In this document: positions 37,757-47,637 of the stretch, one piece after another | How positions within the stretch are numbered: the stretch's first letter is position 1 | Layout of the letters: each line of letters starts with the position of its first letter | Source of the DNA: Candidatus Tepidifontimicrobium thermophilum | Lineage (GTDB): Bacteria; Sysuimicrobiota; Sysuimicrobiia; Sysuimicrobiales; Sysuimicrobiaceae | Assembly: GCA_031459915.1 (NCBI GenBank) | Contig: JAVKHO010000005.1 | Span: 99,259 to 163,258, forward strand | Direction of reading: 5' to 3' | Length of the DNA: 64,000 bases | The notes under the pieces: model-generated | Database searches by the model: none | What the model was told of the DNA's origin: nothing | Seen by the model: only the letters and a program-made list of their open reading frames with translations | Program-made: the position numbers and the translations under genes

Positions 37757-38458
37757 CTAGCCGAGGAACGCGGAGAGCAGCCGCTGTTCCAGCTCCTTGG
37801 TCACCTCCGACAGGTCCTTGATGGTGTCCACCCCGCGCCAGTACGCCCGCGACCGGTACGCGCCCAGGCGGCCCTGGCGGGCCAGGGCGGGGAACGTGGT
37901 GGTCTCGTGGTCGCCCACGTCCGGCAACAGGTCGCGCACCGCCAGGTCCAGCACGTACACCCCCGCGTTGATCCAGTACGGCAGCTCCGGCTTCTCGTGG
38001 AACCCCGTGATGCGGTCGTCCTCGTCTACGTCCACGATCCCGTAGGGGCTCACGAACGGGCTCAGGACCAGGGTGGCCAGGTCCCCGCGACGCCGGTGCT
38101 GGTCCACCACCTCCCGCAGGGGGACGTTGGTGATGACGTCCCCGTTGGTGGCCACGCACACCTCACCGTCCACCAGGGCCATGGCCTGCTTGAGCGCGCC
38201 CCCGCGGCCCAGGGGCTCCCGCTCCACGGAATACCGGATCCGCACGCCCCACTTCCGTCCGTCGTCGAAGTAGTCCTGGATCACCTCGTGGCGGTACCCG
38301 CAGGCCACCACCACGTCGGTGATGCCCTGGTTGCGGAGCCACTCGATCTGATAGCCCAGGATAGGGATCCCCAAGATCTCCACCATGGGCTTGGGCCGGT
38401 CCTGCGTGTACGGCCGCAGGCGCTCGCCCTTGCCTCCCGCGAGGATGATGGCGTGCAA
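37757..38458 (-). CDS. Sugar-phosphate nucleotidyltransferase
   Basis: AIILAGGKGERLRPYT..PKPMV, EPLGRGGAL, NGD, EKP, INAGVY; TTG after GGAGGTGA. Confidence 0.9.
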   Translation of the reverse strand: MHAIILAGGKGERLRPYTQDRPKPMVEILGIPILGYQIEWLRNQGITDVVVACGYRHEVIQDYFDDGRKWGVRIRYSVEREPLGRGGALKQAMALVDGEVCVATNGDVITNVPLREVVDQHRRRGDLATLVLSPFVSPYGIVDVDEDDRITGFHEKPELPYWINAGVYVLDLAVRDLLPDVGDHETTTFPALARQGRLGAYRSRAYWRGVDTIKDLSEVTKELEQRLLSAFLG

Positions 38459-38471
38459 CGTCCTCACCTCC

Positions 38472-39407
38472 TCACGCTTTCCGGCGGGCCCTCGACGTGG
38501 CCAGGATGCCCCGGAGGGTGACGCGCCGCGCGGTCGGAGTGAACCCGCAGCGCGGGTGCAGAAGCGCCGCCAGGGTCCGCAGGCCGTCCACCAGCCGCGG
38601 TCCGGGGCGGCTGAAGTGGGCGTTGGCGTCCACCACGTGCACGTTCCCGTCCCGGAGGGCCCGCAGCCCCAAAAAGGCCGGCTGGTCTGCCAGTTCCGGC
38701 AGCCTCTGCCACGCTCCGTGCACGGAGAAGCCGCACGGCATGAGGACCACCACGTGCGGGTCCGCCTGCGCCACGCGGTCCCACGTGGTCCTCCAGGAAG
38801 GACGGCCGGGCTCGCCCAGCACGTCGGTGCCTCCCGCGAGGGCGACCATCTCGGGCACCCAGTGGCCCGCCACGTAAGGGGGATCCAGCCACTCCACGCA
38901 CGCGACCCGCGGCCGCGGCCGCCCGGCCACCGCATCAGACACTGCCTGGACCTGCGCGCGCAGCCGGCCGACCAGGTCCCGACCCCGTTCAGGGACCCCG
39001 CAGGCGTCCGCGATCCGTCGCACGTCCTCCCAGACTCCTTCCAGCGAGGTGGCCGCAAGGCGCACGACCCGGACGCCGGGCAGGGCCTCCGCCAGCGGCA
39101 GGACCTGGGTGGGGCCCACCGCGCACACCTCGCACACGGCCTGGGTGATGACCACGTCCGGCCGCAGCTGCCGGATGCGGTCCAGGTCCACCAGGAACAC
39201 GGGCCGGCCTTCGCCCACCAGCTGCCGGACCTGGCGGTCCACCTCCCGGCTCGGCCGGGTGGGGTCCACCAGCGTGTGCACCACCCGGGGTCGGCTTCGG
39301 GCCTCCTCCGGGTAGTCGCACTCGTGGCTGGTGGCGACCACGTACGCCCCCAGGTTCAGGGCCCAGAGGATCTCCGTGGCGCCGGGAAGCAGGGAGACGA
39401 CCCGCAC
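38472..39407 (-). CDS. BtuF-like (cobalamin/siderophore-type) binding protein lacking a signal peptide
   Basis: RVVSLLPGATEIL, SHECDYP, PDVVITQAVCEVCAV, EWLDP..GHWVPEM, FSRPGPRLVDG. Confidence 0.8.
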   Translation of the reverse strand: MRVVSLLPGATEILWALNLGAYVVATSHECDYPEEARSRPRVVHTLVDPTRPSREVDRQVRQLVGEGRPVFLVDLDRIRQLRPDVVITQAVCEVCAVGPTQVLPLAEALPGVRVVRLAATSLEGVWEDVRRIADACGVPERGRDLVGRLRAQVQAVSDAVAGRPRPRVACVEWLDPPYVAGHWVPEMVALAGGTDVLGEPGRPSWRTTWDRVAQADPHVVVLMPCGFSVHGAWQRLPELADQPAFLGLRALRDGNVHVVDANAHFSRPGPRLVDGLRTLAALLHPRCGFTPTARRVTLRGILATSRARRKA

Positions 39408-39476
39408 GCCTACGATTTTGCCACGGCCCGCGCGGCCGCCACCACCGACCGGCTCCCCTGGTACAATCGGAAGGCC

Positions 39477-40769
39477 ATGTCCAAGTACCAGGCGCCCCGC
39501 GGGATGCGGGACGTGCTGCCCCCGGAGTCGGAGCGGTGGCAGTGGCTGGTGTCCCGTTGCCGGGAGATGGCGCACCGCTACGGCTACCGCGAGATCCGGA
39601 CCCCACTGGTGGAGCACACGGAGGTGTTCCTCAAGGGGGTCGGGGAGGGCACGGACATCGTGGAGCACGAGATGTACACCTTCGCGGACCGTGCGGGACG
39701 GAGCCTGTCCCTCCGGCCGGAGGGCACCGCGGGGGTGGTGCGGGCGTACGTGGAGCACGGGATGCACACGTGGCCGCAGCCCGTCAAGCTGTACTACGTG
39801 GCGGAGATGTTCCGGTACGACCGGCCCCAGGCGGGCCGCTACCGCCAGCACACGCAGTTCGGGGCGGAGGTCCTGGGCGTCGCCGAACCTGCCGCGGACG
39901 TGGACGTCCTGAGCCTGGCCGTGCGGACCCTGCAGGCCCTGGGGCTGCGGGAGGTTCGGGTGCACCTGAACAGCGTGGGGGACCCCAAGTGCCGGCCCGG
40001 TTACCTGCAGGTGTTCCGGGAGTACTTCCAGGCGCACTACGACCGGCTGGATGAGGACAGCCGGAGGCGCCTGGTGACCAACCCCCTGCGCATCCTGGAC
40101 TCCAAGGTAGAGCAGACCCGGGAGATCGCGCGGGGCGCGCCGCGGATGCTGGACTACCTGTGCCCGGACTGCCGGGCCCACTTCGACGCGGTACGCAGGC
40201 ACCTGGAGATCCTGGGGATCGCGGTCGAGGTGGACCCCCTGATCGTGCGCGGCCTGGACTACTACACCCGCACGGCTGCAGAGGTGCACTACCCCAAGCT
40301 CGGCGCGCAGAGCACCCTGTTCGGTGGAGGGCGCTACGACGGGCTCGCGGAGGTCCTCGGCGGGCCCGCAACTCCCGGTGTGGGCTTCGGCATGGGACTG
40401 GAGCGGGTGCTGATGGTCCTGGAGGAGGAGGGCCTGGTGCCGGACCTGGCCACGGGGGTCCAGGTGTACGTGTGCCACGACGGGCCCCCGTGGGAGGAGG
40501 AAGCCCTGCGGCTGGTGGACTTCCTGCGGGGGTCCGGACTGCGTGCGGACCGGGATTTGCTGGGCCGCAGTCTGCGGGCGCAGCTACGGGCGGCCTCCCG
40601 CTCTGGGGCCCGGTGGGCGGTCCTGGTGGGGGTGGCGGAGGTCCCCTCCGGCTACGTGGTACTGCGGGACCTGCGGGCGGGCGAGCAGAGGCCGGTCCCC
40701 GCGGACCAGCTGCCCCGGATCCTTGTGCAGGAGGAAGGCGGATGCGGACGCACTGGTGCGGCGAGCTGA
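39477..40769 (+). CDS. hisS: Histidine--tRNA ligase
   Basis: PRGMRD, LRPEGTAG, FRYDRPQAGRYRQ, VRGLDYYT, GGGRYDGL, GFGMGLER. Confidence 0.97.
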   Translation: MSKYQAPRGMRDVLPPESERWQWLVSRCREMAHRYGYREIRTPLVEHTEVFLKGVGEGTDIVEHEMYTFADRAGRSLSLRPEGTAGVVRAYVEHGMHTWPQPVKLYYVAEMFRYDRPQAGRYRQHTQFGAEVLGVAEPAADVDVLSLAVRTLQALGLREVRVHLNSVGDPKCRPGYLQVFREYFQAHYDRLDEDSRRRLVTNPLRILDSKVEQTREIARGAPRMLDYLCPDCRAHFDAVRRHLEILGIAVEVDPLIVRGLDYYTRTAAEVHYPKLGAQSTLFGGGRYDGLAEVLGGPATPGVGFGMGLERVLMVLEEEGLVPDLATGVQVYVCHDGPPWEEEALRLVDFLRGSGLRADRDLLGRSLRAQLRAASRSGARWAVLVGVAEVPSGYVVLRDLRAGEQRPVPADQLPRILVQEEGGCGRTGAAS

Positions 40770-42490
40770 GGCCCGCGCACGCGGGGCAGCAGGTGGCCCT
40801 GTGCGGGTGGGTACACCGGCGCCGCGACCTCGGGGGCTTGGTGTTCCTCGACCTGCGGGATCGGGAGGGCGTGGTGCAGGTGGTCTGTACCCCGCAGCAC
40901 CCCGCACACGCGGCGGCCCAGCAGGTGCGGCCAGAGTACGTGGTGCGGGTCCAGGGCCAGGTGGTGCTGCGGCCGGCCCACACGGTCAACCCGAAGATCC
41001 CCACGGGCGAGGTGGAGGTACGGGCGGAGACCTTGGAGGTCCTCAACCCCTCCCGCACCCCGCCCTTCGAGGTGGCGGACGACACGGAGGTGGACGAGAC
41101 GGTCCGGCTGCGCTACCGCTACCTGGACCTGCGGCGGGAGCGCATGCAGCGCAACCTCAGGCTGCGGCACCGCCTGGCGAAGGCCACCCGGGACTTCCTG
41201 GACCGGGAAGGGTTCTGGGAGGTGGAAACCCCGCACCTCATCCGCGCCACTCCCGAAGGCGCGCGGGACTTTCTCGTGCCGAGCCGCCTGCACCCGGGCA
41301 AGTTCTACGTGCTGCCGCAGTCGCCCCAGCTGCTGAAACAGGTCCTGATGGTGGCCGGGGTCGAGCGGTACTTCCAGCTGGCCCGATGCTTCCGTGACGA
41401 GGACCTGCGGGCGGACCGGCAGCCGGAGTTCACCCAGATCGACGTGGAGATGTCCTTCGTGGACCGGGACGACGTGCTGGGCCTGGTAGAGCGGTTGGTC
41501 CAGCACCTCATGCGGGAGGCGCTCGGGGTGGAAGCCGCTGTCCCCTTCCCCCGCGTGTCGTACCGGGAAGCCCTGCTGCGCTACGGGACCGACAAGCCGG
41601 ACCTGCGCTACGGGCTGGCCATCGAGGACGTCACCGAGGTCGCGAAGGCTGCGGAGCTGCGGCTGTTCCGGGAAGCGGAGGCGGTGCGCTGCCTGCGCGT
41701 CCCCGAGGGTGCGGCCACGTCACGGCGGGAGATCGAGCAGCTGGTGGCGCTGGCGGTGGAGGCGGGTGCGCCCGGACTCCTGCACCTGGCCCTGCAGCCG
41801 GACGGTCCCAAGGGCCCTGTCGCGAGGCACCTGACGGACGGCCTGCTGGACGCCCTGTGCTCCGCCACCGGCGCCGGACGCGGGGACCTGCTGCTGTTCG
41901 TGGCCGGTGCGGGGGAGGTGGCGTCCGCGGCGCTCGGAAAGGTCCGCCAGCACGTGGCGGGCCGGCTCGGGCTGGTGCGGGACGGGTCGTTCGCGTACGC
42001 GTGGGTGCTGGACTTCCCCCTGCTGGAGTGGGACCCGGAGGAGGGCCGGTACGTGGCGGTGCACCACCCGTTCACCGCGCCGGTGGACGAGGACGAAGGA
42101 CACCTGGAGTCCGACCCGCTGCGGGTGAGGGCCAAGGCGTACGACCTGGTGCTGAACGGCGTGGAGGTGGCGGGCGGCAGCATCCGGATCCACCGCCGCG
42201 AGCTGCAGGAGCGGGTGTTCCGGCTGTTGGGGATCGGCCCGGAGCAGGCCCAGGAGCGGTTTGGCTTCCTGCTGGACGCCTTCCAGTACGGCGCCCCGCC
42301 CCACGGGGGCATCGCGTTCGGGTTCGACCGGCTCGTGATGGTGCTGGCCGGAGAGGACACCATCCGGGACGTGATCGCCTTCCCCAAGACCGCCAGCGCG
42401 GTGGACCTCATGATGGGCGCGCCGTCGGAGGTGGACGAGGCCCAGCTGCGGGAGGTACACATCTCGGTCCGCAGGCCCGCGGCCCCGTAG
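40742..42490 (+). CDS. aspS: Aspartate--tRNA ligase
   Basis: MRTHWCG, RLRYRYLDLR, TPEGARDF, PQSPQ, CFRDEDLRADRQPEF, PPHGGIAFGFDR. Confidence 0.97.
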   Translation: MRTHWCGELRPAHAGQQVALCGWVHRRRDLGGLVFLDLRDREGVVQVVCTPQHPAHAAAQQVRPEYVVRVQGQVVLRPAHTVNPKIPTGEVEVRAETLEVLNPSRTPPFEVADDTEVDETVRLRYRYLDLRRERMQRNLRLRHRLAKATRDFLDREGFWEVETPHLIRATPEGARDFLVPSRLHPGKFYVLPQSPQLLKQVLMVAGVERYFQLARCFRDEDLRADRQPEFTQIDVEMSFVDRDDVLGLVERLVQHLMREALGVEAAVPFPRVSYREALLRYGTDKPDLRYGLAIEDVTEVAKAAELRLFREAEAVRCLRVPEGAATSRREIEQLVALAVEAGAPGLLHLALQPDGPKGPVARHLTDGLLDALCSATGAGRGDLLLFVAGAGEVASAALGKVRQHVAGRLGLVRDGSFAYAWVLDFPLLEWDPEEGRYVAVHHPFTAPVDEDEGHLESDPLRVRAKAYDLVLNGVEVAGGSIRIHRRELQERVFRLLGIGPEQAQERFGFLLDAFQYGAPPHGGIAFGFDRLVMVLAGEDTIRDVIAFPKTASAVDLMMGAPSEVDEAQLREVHISVRRPAAP

Positions 42491-42534
42491 GTGGCAGCAC
42501 CCTGCGAGACTTCGCCAAAGGCAGGAGGACGGCG

Positions 42535-43911
42535 ATGGGTGAGGTGTGGGAGCTGACGGTGCGGGAGGCTGTCGGGGCGGTGATGTCCCGACAGGTGTCC
42601 AGCCGGGAGCTGGTGCAAGCTGCCCTACAGCGCGTGGAGCAGCTGGAGCCCGCGGTACGGGCGTGGGCGCGCCTGGACGCGGACCGGGCGCTGGCGGAGG
42701 CCGGACGCCTGGACGAACGTTTGAGCCGCGGGGAACGAGTCGGCCCCTTGCACGGCGTGCCGGTCGGCGTCAAGGACATCATGTACACCCAGGGCCTAGA
42801 GACCTCCGCGGGCTCGTCCATCCTGAAGGGGTTCGTGCCGCGCTACGACGCCACGGTGGTGGCGCGGCTGCGGGCCGCGGGCGCTGTAGTCCTGGGCAAG
42901 ACCGTCACCACGGAGTTTGCGTTCCTGGATCCCGGGCCGACGCGGAACCCGTGGAAGCTCGAGCACACGCCGGGCGGGTCCAGCAGCGGTTCCGCCGCGG
43001 CAGTGGCGTGCGGGATGGTGCCCGCGGCCCTCGGTACCCAGACCGTCGGCTCCATCCTCCGGCCCGCGGCGTACTGCGGTGTCGTGGGGCTCAAGCCCAC
43101 CTACGGCCGGGTCAGCCGGCACGGCATCCTTCCCCTCAGCTGGACCCTGGACCATCCGGGACCCTTCGCCCGCAGCGTGGAGGACGTGGCGCTGTTGCTG
43201 GAGGTGCTGGCTGGCCCGGACGGTCTGGACCCCGCGTGCACCTCGCAGCCTGTGGAACGTTGGACGCAGGCGTGCAGGCTACCCGCGTCGGGGCTCAAGG
43301 TGGGAGTTCCGGACCGGTTCTTCCCGGAACGGTCCGTCCCTGAGGTCCGCGAGGCGTACGGGAGGGCTCTCGCCGCGCTGGAGTCGGCGGGAGCCGAGGT
43401 GCGGGAAGTACGGCTGCCCCAGGAGTTCGAGGCAGGGCTGGTGGCCCAGCGTACCATCCTGGCCGCGGAGGCCGCCACCTTCCACCGCTTGTGGTTCGAC
43501 CGGCGGCCGGACGAGTACGGCCCGAAGCTGCGGGCGCTGCTGGAGGAGGGAATGCGGATCCCCGCCACCGAGTACATCCGGGCGAGACAGGTCCGGCGGG
43601 CGTGCCGGCGGGCCATGGCCGTCCTCTTCGAAGAGGTGGATGTGCTGGCGACTCCCACGACCCCCTCGCCTGCACCCAGGGGACTGGAGTCCACCGGGGA
43701 CCCGGCGTTCAACGGGCCCTTCAGCTTCGTGGGCTTCCCGTCGGTCACCGTACCCGTGGGCCTTTCCGAGGACGGGCTGCCGCTGGGCGTTCAGCTGGCG
43801 GCAAAACCCTTTGCGGAGACCACCCTGCTTCGCGCGGCGGCAGCCCTGGAGGCCGCTTCCTCGTGGGGCCGGCGCCTTGCTCAGCCCACTCCCGTAGCCA
43901 CCGCGCGTTAG
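42535..43911 (+). CDS. Amidase signature family protein
   Basis: LHGVPVGVKD, TPGGSSSGS, GTQTVGSILRPA. Confidence 0.9.
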   Translation: MGEVWELTVREAVGAVMSRQVSSRELVQAALQRVEQLEPAVRAWARLDADRALAEAGRLDERLSRGERVGPLHGVPVGVKDIMYTQGLETSAGSSILKGFVPRYDATVVARLRAAGAVVLGKTVTTEFAFLDPGPTRNPWKLEHTPGGSSSGSAAAVACGMVPAALGTQTVGSILRPAAYCGVVGLKPTYGRVSRHGILPLSWTLDHPGPFARSVEDVALLLEVLAGPDGLDPACTSQPVERWTQACRLPASGLKVGVPDRFFPERSVPEVREAYGRALAALESAGAEVREVRLPQEFEAGLVAQRTILAAEAATFHRLWFDRRPDEYGPKLRALLEEGMRIPATEYIRARQVRRACRRAMAVLFEEVDVLATPTTPSPAPRGLESTGDPAFNGPFSFVGFPSVTVPVGLSEDGLPLGVQLAAKPFAETTLLRAAAALEAASSWGRRLAQPTPVATAR

Positions 43912-43957
43912 CCGGTCGGTTGCCGCCACTAGCCCATCGGTGGGATGCTGGGCTCGG

Positions 43958-45283
43958 ATGGAGCTCTTTGAACCCGAGCCCGGCGCCGCGCCCCTGGCGG
44001 CCCGCGTGCGGCCCCGGACCCTGGACGAGTTCGTGGGCCAGGAGCACCTGGTGGGCCCGGGCCGCATCCTGCGGAGGCTGGTGGACTCCGGGGAGCTGGC
44101 TTCCGTAGTCCTGTATGGCCCTCCGGGCACCGGGAAAACCACCCTGGCCCGCATCCTGGCCCGCAGCGCCCGGGCCCACTTCGAGACCCTGAACGCGGTC
44201 ACCGCGGGCGCCGCGGACATCCGGCGCGTGGCCCAGGAGGCCGCGGACCGCTTGCGGTTCCACGGGCAGCGGACCGTGGTGTTCGTGGACGAGATCCACC
44301 GGTTCAACCGCGCCCAGCAGGACCTGCTTTTGCCCCACGTGGAGGACGGCACTTTGGTGTTGATCGGTGCCACCACGGAGAACCCTTTCTTCGCCCTGAA
44401 CAGCACCCTCGTGTCGCGGGTCCGGATCTTGCGCCTCGAGCCACTTTCCCCGGACCAGATCCGGCGGATCTTGCAGCGGGCCCTCGAGGACCCGGACAGG
44501 GGACTCGGGCGGCTTGCGGTGCACCTGGAGCCCCGCGCCCTCGAGCACCTGGTGAGCTCCTGCGGGGGCGACGCGCGGGTGGCCCTGAACGCCCTGGAGG
44601 TGGCGGTCACCACCACCCCTCCGGGGCCGGACGGCGTGCGGCGGGTGGGCGTGGACGCGGTCGAGGAAGCGCTACAGCGCCCGGTCCTGCGGTACGACCG
44701 CGCGGGCGACCAGCACTACGACACCATCTCCGCCTTCATCAAGAGCCTGCGGGGCTCGGATCCCGACGCGGCCGTGTACTGGCTCGTGCGCATGCTGGAG
44801 GCCGGAGAGGACCCGCGGTTCGTGGCGCGCCGCATGGTGATCCACGCGGCCGAGGACGTAGGGCTCGCGGACCCCACCGCGCTCGTGGTGGCCACCGCCG
44901 CCGCCCACGCGGTGGAGTACGTGGGGATGCCGGAAGCGCAGATCCCCCTCGCGGAAGCCGCCCTGTACATCGCCTGCGCGCCGAAGAGCAACGCGGTGGT
45001 GCGGGCATTGGCCAAGGCCCGAGAGGACGTACGGACCCTTCCAGCGGAACCGGTTCCCCCGCACCTGCGGGACAGCTCCTACCCCGGGGCGGCCGTCCTC
45101 GGCCACGGCACGGGCTACCGCTACCCGCACGACTACCCCGGTGGGTTCGTGGAGCAGGACTACCTGCCGGAGGGCCTGCGGGGCCGCGTGTACTACGAGC
45201 CCACGGAGCACGGCCTGGAGGCGGAGGTCCGCCGCCGCCTGGAGGCCTGGTGGAAGCGCCGCAGGGGCCGGCGCAGGCCCTGA
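43958..45283 (+). CDS. rarA: Replication-associated recombination protein A (MgsA/RarA)
   Basis: PLAARVRP, GPPGTGKTT, DEIHRFN, GATTENP, ISAFIKSLRGSDPDAA, YRYPHD. Confidence 0.96.
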   Translation: MELFEPEPGAAPLAARVRPRTLDEFVGQEHLVGPGRILRRLVDSGELASVVLYGPPGTGKTTLARILARSARAHFETLNAVTAGAADIRRVAQEAADRLRFHGQRTVVFVDEIHRFNRAQQDLLLPHVEDGTLVLIGATTENPFFALNSTLVSRVRILRLEPLSPDQIRRILQRALEDPDRGLGRLAVHLEPRALEHLVSSCGGDARVALNALEVAVTTTPPGPDGVRRVGVDAVEEALQRPVLRYDRAGDQHYDTISAFIKSLRGSDPDAAVYWLVRMLEAGEDPRFVARRMVIHAAEDVGLADPTALVVATAAAHAVEYVGMPEAQIPLAEAALYIACAPKSNAVVRALAKAREDVRTLPAEPVPPHLRDSSYPGAAVLGHGTGYRYPHDYPGGFVEQDYLPEGLRGRVYYEPTEHGLEAEVRRRLEAWWKRRRGRRRP

Positions 45284-45345
45284 CCCGCCGCGGAACCTGG
45301 TCTATTAGCGCCCTCACGCCGCCTCCGTACGGGGCCTGTAGCCTC

Positions 45346-45374
45346 TTGACAGCCAGGATGGGTGGGCGTAGATA
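45346..45374 (+). promoter_or_regulatory. Putative promoter of the protoglobin gene
   Basis: TTGACA-17 nt-TAGATA. Confidence 0.5.
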
Positions 45375-45405
45375 GTTAGCAGTCCATATTGATTGGAGGT
45401 GGAGG

Positions 45406-45987
45406 GTGGTGATTCCCGGCTACACTTACGGGACGGCAGAGGTCGCCCGCAGCCCGGTCTCCTCGGAGGACCTGCGCAAGTTGCAGCAGGCGGTGGCCAT
45501 GACAGACGAGGACATCCGGTACCTCCGGATGGCGGGGGACGTGCTGGAGGACCAGGTGGAGCAGGTTCTGGACCTTTGGTACGGATTCGTGGGCTCCACC
45601 CCGCACCTGGTTTACTACTTCAGCGGGCCTGACGGCCAGCCCCTGGGGGATTACCTGGCCGCGGTCCGCAGGAGGTTCGGCCAGTGGATCCTGGACACCT
45701 GCCGCCGGCCCTACGACCAGGCGTGGCTGGACTACCAGCACGAGATCGGCTTGCGCCACCACCGGTCCAAGAAGAACCGTACCGACGGCGTACAGTCGGT
45801 AGACCACATCCCCCTTCGGTACCTCGTGGCCCTCATCGCGCCCATCGCCCTGACCATTAAGCCCTTCCTGGCCAAGAAGGGGCACAGCCCGGAGGAGGTG
45901 GAGAAAATGCACGCGGCGTGGGTCAAGGCGGTGGTGCTGCAGGCGGCCCTGTGGAGTTACCCGTACGCGAACCCGGGCGACTGGTAA
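45406..45987 (+). CDS. Protoglobin (single-domain globin)
   Basis: IPGYTYG..SPV, LDLWYGFVGS.PHL, WILDT, WLDYQHEIGLRHHRSKKN.TD, IPLRYL, WSYPY match the archaeal protoglobin pattern. Confidence 0.9.
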   Translation: MVIPGYTYGTAEVARSPVSSEDLRKLQQAVAMTDEDIRYLRMAGDVLEDQVEQVLDLWYGFVGSTPHLVYYFSGPDGQPLGDYLAAVRRRFGQWILDTCRRPYDQAWLDYQHEIGLRHHRSKKNRTDGVQSVDHIPLRYLVALIAPIALTIKPFLAKKGHSPEEVEKMHAAWVKAVVLQAALWSYPYANPGDW

Positions 45988-46008
45988 CAGGTGCCCGTAC
46001 CACCCCCA

Positions 46009-46049
46009 GGCGCCGGTCCCGGTGCCCCTCCGGGCCGGCGCCCTTTTTT
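46009..46049 (+). terminator. Rho-independent terminator after protoglobin
   Basis: GGCGCCGGTCCCGG/CCGGGCCGGCGCC stem followed by TTTTTT. Confidence 0.8.
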
Positions 46050-46159
46050 GCCATTGTTCGCGGCAACCGATCTTTGGGTTGACAGCGGAGTCCAGCGGCG
46101 CTACCTAACTCGTGCAGCCTTGCGAAGGCTGTTCGCATATCCGAACAAGAGGCGCGGCC

Positions 46160-47626
46160 ATGAGCAGCCAGCGGGAGATCCTGAACTGCGTGGGAGGGGA
46201 GTGGAGGCGGCCTTCGGGGTCCGACGAGCTGGTGGTTTACAACCCCGCCACCGGGGAGGTGCTGGCCCGTGGTCGGGGCAGCAGCCCGACAGAGGTGGAC
46301 GAGGCGGCCCAGCTAGCTGCGCGGGCGTTCGCGGAATGGCGCAGGACCCCGGCGACGGAGCGGGTACAGTACCTGTTCCGGCTGAAGCGGCTGCTGGAAG
46401 AGAACCTGGACGACCTGGCCCGCACGGTGACCGAGGAGTGCGGGAAGACTTACGACGAGTCGGCGGGGGAGATCAAGCGGGGGATCGAGAACGTGGAGGT
46501 GGCCTGCGGGATCCCCAGCCTGATGCAGGGGTACAACAACGAGGACGTGGCCCGCGGGATCGACGAGCACCTGTACCGGCAACCCCTGGGCGTGGTGGCG
46601 GCCATCACGCCGTTTAACTTCCCGGGGATGATCCCCCTGTGGTTTCTGCCGTACGCCATCGCGTGCGGCAACACCATCCTCGTGAAGCCCTCGGACAAGA
46701 CCCCCCTCACCATGCAGAAGATCATGCGGCTGATCGAACAGACGGGGCTGCCGCCTGGGGTGGTGAACGTGGTGAACGGGGCCAAGGAGACCGTGGACGC
46801 CATCCTGGACCACCCCGTGGTGCGCGCGGTGAGTTTCGTAGGGTCCAGCCCGGTGGCCCGCTACGTGTACACCCGCGCCACCGCGAACGGGAAGCGGGCG
46901 CAGTGTCAGGGAGGGGCCAAGAACCCGGTGATCGTGATGCCGGACGCGGACCTGGAGACAGTACCGCGCCTAGTGGCGGACTCCGCGTTCGGGTGCGCAG
47001 GGCAGCGGTGTCTGGCGAGCTCCCTGGCGGTGGTGGTGGGGGAGGCCCGGGAGCCCTTCCGGGAGGCGGTGGCGGAGCTGGCGCTGTCCCGGAAGGTGGG
47101 GTACGGACTGGAGCCCGGGGTGGAGATGGGGCCCGTGATCCGGCGGGAGAGCAAGGACCGGATCGAGGGGCTCATCGGCAAGGGCGCGGAGGAGGGGGCC
47201 CGGGTGGTGGTGGACGGCCGAGGGGCGAGGATCCGGGGCTACGAGGGCGGGTTCTTCGTGCGGCCCACGGTCCTGGAGGACGTGCCCCCGGACGGGGTGG
47301 TGGCCCGTACGGAGATCTTCGGACCCGTGCTGGGATTGATCCACGTGCGGAGTATCGACGAGGCCATCCAGCTGGTGAACCGGGGCCAGTACGGCAACAT
47401 GGCGTGCCTGTTCACCCGGAGTGGAGCCGCCGCGCGGAAGTTCCGGTACGAGGCGCAGGCAGGGAACATCGGCATCAACGTGGGCGTGGCCCAACCCATC
47501 GCCTTCTACCCCTTCGCGGGCATGAAGGACAGCTTCTTCGGCGACCTCCACGGCCAGGGCAGGGACGCGGTGGAGTTCTACACGGAGAAGAAGGTCGTGG
47601 TGGAGCGCTGGCTGGAGCGGCTCTGA
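46160..47626 (+). CDS. mmsA: CoA-acylating (methyl)malonate-semialdehyde dehydrogenase
   Basis: [50 protein letters not shown]. Confidence 0.92.
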   Translation: MSSQREILNCVGGEWRRPSGSDELVVYNPATGEVLARGRGSSPTEVDEAAQLAARAFAEWRRTPATERVQYLFRLKRLLEENLDDLARTVTEECGKTYDESAGEIKRGIENVEVACGIPSLMQGYNNEDVARGIDEHLYRQPLGVVAAITPFNFPGMIPLWFLPYAIACGNTILVKPSDKTPLTMQKIMRLIEQTGLPPGVVNVVNGAKETVDAILDHPVVRAVSFVGSSPVARYVYTRATANGKRAQCQGGAKNPVIVMPDADLETVPRLVADSAFGCAGQRCLASSLAVVVGEAREPFREAVAELALSRKVGYGLEPGVEMGPVIRRESKDRIEGLIGKGAEEGARVVVDGRGARIRGYEGGFFVRPTVLEDVPPDGVVARTEIFGPVLGLIHVRSIDEAIQLVNRGQYGNMACLFTRSGAAARKFRYEAQAGNIGINVGVAQPIAFYPFAGMKDSFFGDLHGQGRDAVEFYTEKKVVVERWLERL

Positions 47627-47637
47627 GAGGGGACGCC

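Noticed and set aside
35146..43911. gatCAB / indirect tRNA aminoacylation cluster around aspS
   Set aside because: No gatB; neither amidase looks like a true GatA ortholog; AspRS has RRDLGG rather than the RRDHGG typical of non-discriminating enzymes
45352..45400. AT-rich stretch upstream of protoglobin as an NsrR/Fnr-type operator
   Set aside because: No convincing palindrome matching those consensus sequences
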